In this document: positions 61,780 to 64,000 of the stretch, one piece after another
Layout: the number at the start of each line of letters is the position of its first letter
Numbering within the stretch: position 1 is the stretch's first letter
Source of the DNA: Isurus oxyrinchus
Lineage: Eukaryota
DNA length: 64,000 bases
Assembly: GCA_026770705.1 (NCBI GenBank)
Contig: JANJGN010000039.1
Span: 3,596,001-3,660,000 of the forward strand
Direction: 5' to 3'
Made by a program: the position numbers and the translations under genes
The notes under the pieces: model-generated
The model's database searches: none
What the model was told of the DNA's origin: nothing
The model's input: only the letters and a program-made list of their open reading frames with translations

Positions 61780-61945
61780 CTTGGATCACTGCTTTCTGCT
61801 TGTACACCAGAAGCTTCTCAGATCAATGCCCTGAAAGTCGATCTGCCAAGAAGTGTCAATACCAGCTGATCGAAGTTCAGATCTTATCGATGTGAATGAT
61901 TCAAAATCAAGAAGTGAAGTCCCGCCCCCTTTTAACTACAAAGGC
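61780..61945 (-). promoter_or_regulatory. Probable promoter and first non-coding exon of the repeat gene
   Basis: Donor CCAAG|gtaact at 61780/61779; minus-strand gttaaaagggggcggga (AT-rich element plus GC box) at ~61920-61940. Confidence 0.4.
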
Positions 61946-62224
61946 TTGGAATGCAAAGCTGGGGGAAGCACATTGCAGTTTACAGAGCCTGTGTCAGATC
62001 CTGCCAGCAGCGAACAGCAACTGGATCTTGGCAGCTAAGGGGGACACTGCGCAGGTGTATGCGAATGTTGCCGTGGGATGAAAGAGTTTGATGGTGGACC
62101 GGCTGAATTAACAATGTTGACAATGGATGATTAAGTGATATGGTTGTGTGCTTTACAGCAATAAATCCCTTTTAAGACGGTGTCGAGAACAAAGTGATAC
62201 TATTGGTGTGGCATTCAGGAGGCA

Positions 62225-62545
62225 CGGCAGGCAGCACGGGGAGATGGTGGCGCATTGTAATCAAAGATCTCCGCAGCATCCAGTGGAAGCTAAACTCAGC
62301 TGTTACATATGGACATATAAAACTCATCTCATTTATGGTGACGAACTATGTAAAAACGCATCTGGTTCATTAATGTCCGTTAGGGAAAGAAATCTGCCGC
62401 CCTTATGCGCTGTGCGAGACATGTGACCACAGGGCCACTGCAATGTGGTTGAGTATTAAACAGCCGAGAAGAACATTCAGTTCCAGCGCAATTGGGGATG
62501 GTAAACAAATGCTGCACTTGCTAATCCACCGACATTCCAGGAAAC
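62225..62545 (+). mobile_element. tRNA-derived SINE sharing its 3' tail with LINE family B
   Basis: ctggttcattaatgtccgttagggaaagaaatctgcc...caatgtggttga...ggggatggtaaacaaatgctg; the tail matches those near 40690 and 46975. Confidence 0.7.
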
Positions 62546-64000
62546 AGCAACAAACAAATTATTAAAACACTGTTAGTGGAAATTTGGAACTGACTCCAAA
62601 AAAGGGATCAACTTTGGTTTTCGAGACTGAGACTGAGGCATTTAACAGAAGGAGGATGAAGGTATTTGAAGGTAAGTTGGTGGAATTGAGTTAGTGAGCA
62701 GGGCACATTTTTATTATTACAATCTGGTGCAGGCTCCAGGTGCTCCTTGCCTCTCATCTGTTCCTAAATAAATGTTCAAATGAATTTATGGCCTCTTTCT
62801 GTCCCAGTGCCAGAGGCCCAAGGGGCTGAATGGCCTTCTCCTGTTATTATGCACCAGGTTCGACGGGATTTGGGACACCAGTGCGATTGTCTCCTTGTCC
62901 TAGAACAAAGGACAAGTTGCATCAAGTCTCCAAAATGCCGAGCATGTGGCTAAACAATCCCAGCGCACATTTTGCATTGTTTGACGGATTTAAATCTTCA
63001 TTGATAGGGGCGCACGCCTCCGCCTGATAAAGCCGCCATTTTGGATTTCAACACTCAATGAAACACCCTCACTTTGCCCCTCAGTGATGGACATGCGAAC
63101 AAGAACTAGAATGACCCCCAAGCCTCCAAAGAATACCCTTTGTTGTTGAGTTGCTGATTGATTTCGACTGGTGGTTGTTAAGTGGATTAAAGTCATTGGT
63201 GTATTTTGTACTGCTAGGTCAAGTTACTGCAGCTTACATGAAGTCTTCTTTCGCGTGGTGAAGGCCATGAATCTGAACATGATGTTTCTGCTCAGATCTC
63301 CCGCACCCAATCACGAGAGAAATGTTTCCGCCTACCTTGGTCTGTAGTCTGGCCGGTAGAATGGACAGAGGATACCCAGAGTGCGACAGGGCCCTGGGAA
63401 AGGGAGGAATGTGTTTTCAGATTTGAGTCTACAGGCATAAATTCTACAACGTATCCTCAATGAAGAGCAGTGTGAAATATATTTGATTCCCTCTACCTTT
63501 TCTCATGAAATCTGCTCCTTTTCCGGAAGAATGAATAATGCTTTTTATCGCTAATGAAGGTGATAGTGGCCATTTTAACCCGATATCTAACTGGTCGCTA
63601 CCCAGAAAATTAGAGGGGAATTTAACTATGTTCTATATGCAAAGAATGCATACTATGTTTCCTTTTCACTCAGCAGGAAGCAGAGAAACCAAGGAGAAGC
63701 AGGAGGCAGATGAGGGAGATGGAGTGGAATGGATCTCACTAACCCACGCAGATCCTTTCTGACTGGACGGCCGATCTTGGCCTCATCTGACTTTGGCACC
63801 AGTGAATGCAATAACAAACTCTCAGTGAACATCAGAGCCACACTTTAATTTCTGCCGGTACTGTGCCCTCTCTGGCACAATGAAGAAACGAAATGTACCA
63901 CAGAAATAAATCTTGTAATTTTTTAAATCAAACTGTTAATCAATTTCATTCAGAAATCAACAAATTATCTTCTGCTTTCGCTTTGTACCCGCCGTCTGAC

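Noticed and set aside
61401-61895. Overlapping 164-aa (+) and 126-aa (-) ORFs
   Set aside because: No recognisable domain; they run across the splice sites of the minus-strand UTR exons and are better explained as chance.

Overview
Vertebrate genomic DNA, most likely a cartilaginous fish (shark), inferred from its repeat families and GPCR type. Much of the window is decayed retroelements: CR1 LINEs, a second CR1/L2-class LINE family and its partner SINE, L2 and RTE fragments, and Penelope-like elements. Genes: (1) a two-exon GPR139/GPR142-like class A GPCR on the minus strand (40189-40119 joined to 27525-26636), plus a 5'-truncated paralog at the window start in inverted orientation; (2) a minus-strand multi-exon gene at ~61900-47780 that the ORF track largely misses, built from symmetric phase-1 exons (123, 123, 135, 123 nt) each encoding one copy of a ~41-aa helical repeat I cannot assign to a known family; (3) a weaker plus-strand spliced candidate at 13579-16642. 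Two Penelope-like (GIY-YIG) insertions are tail-out palindromes, each flanked by a single 14-15 bp target-site duplication and carrying minimal hammerhead-ribozyme motifs with a non-canonical core. All calls were made by eye, without database searches; repeat boundaries are approximate.
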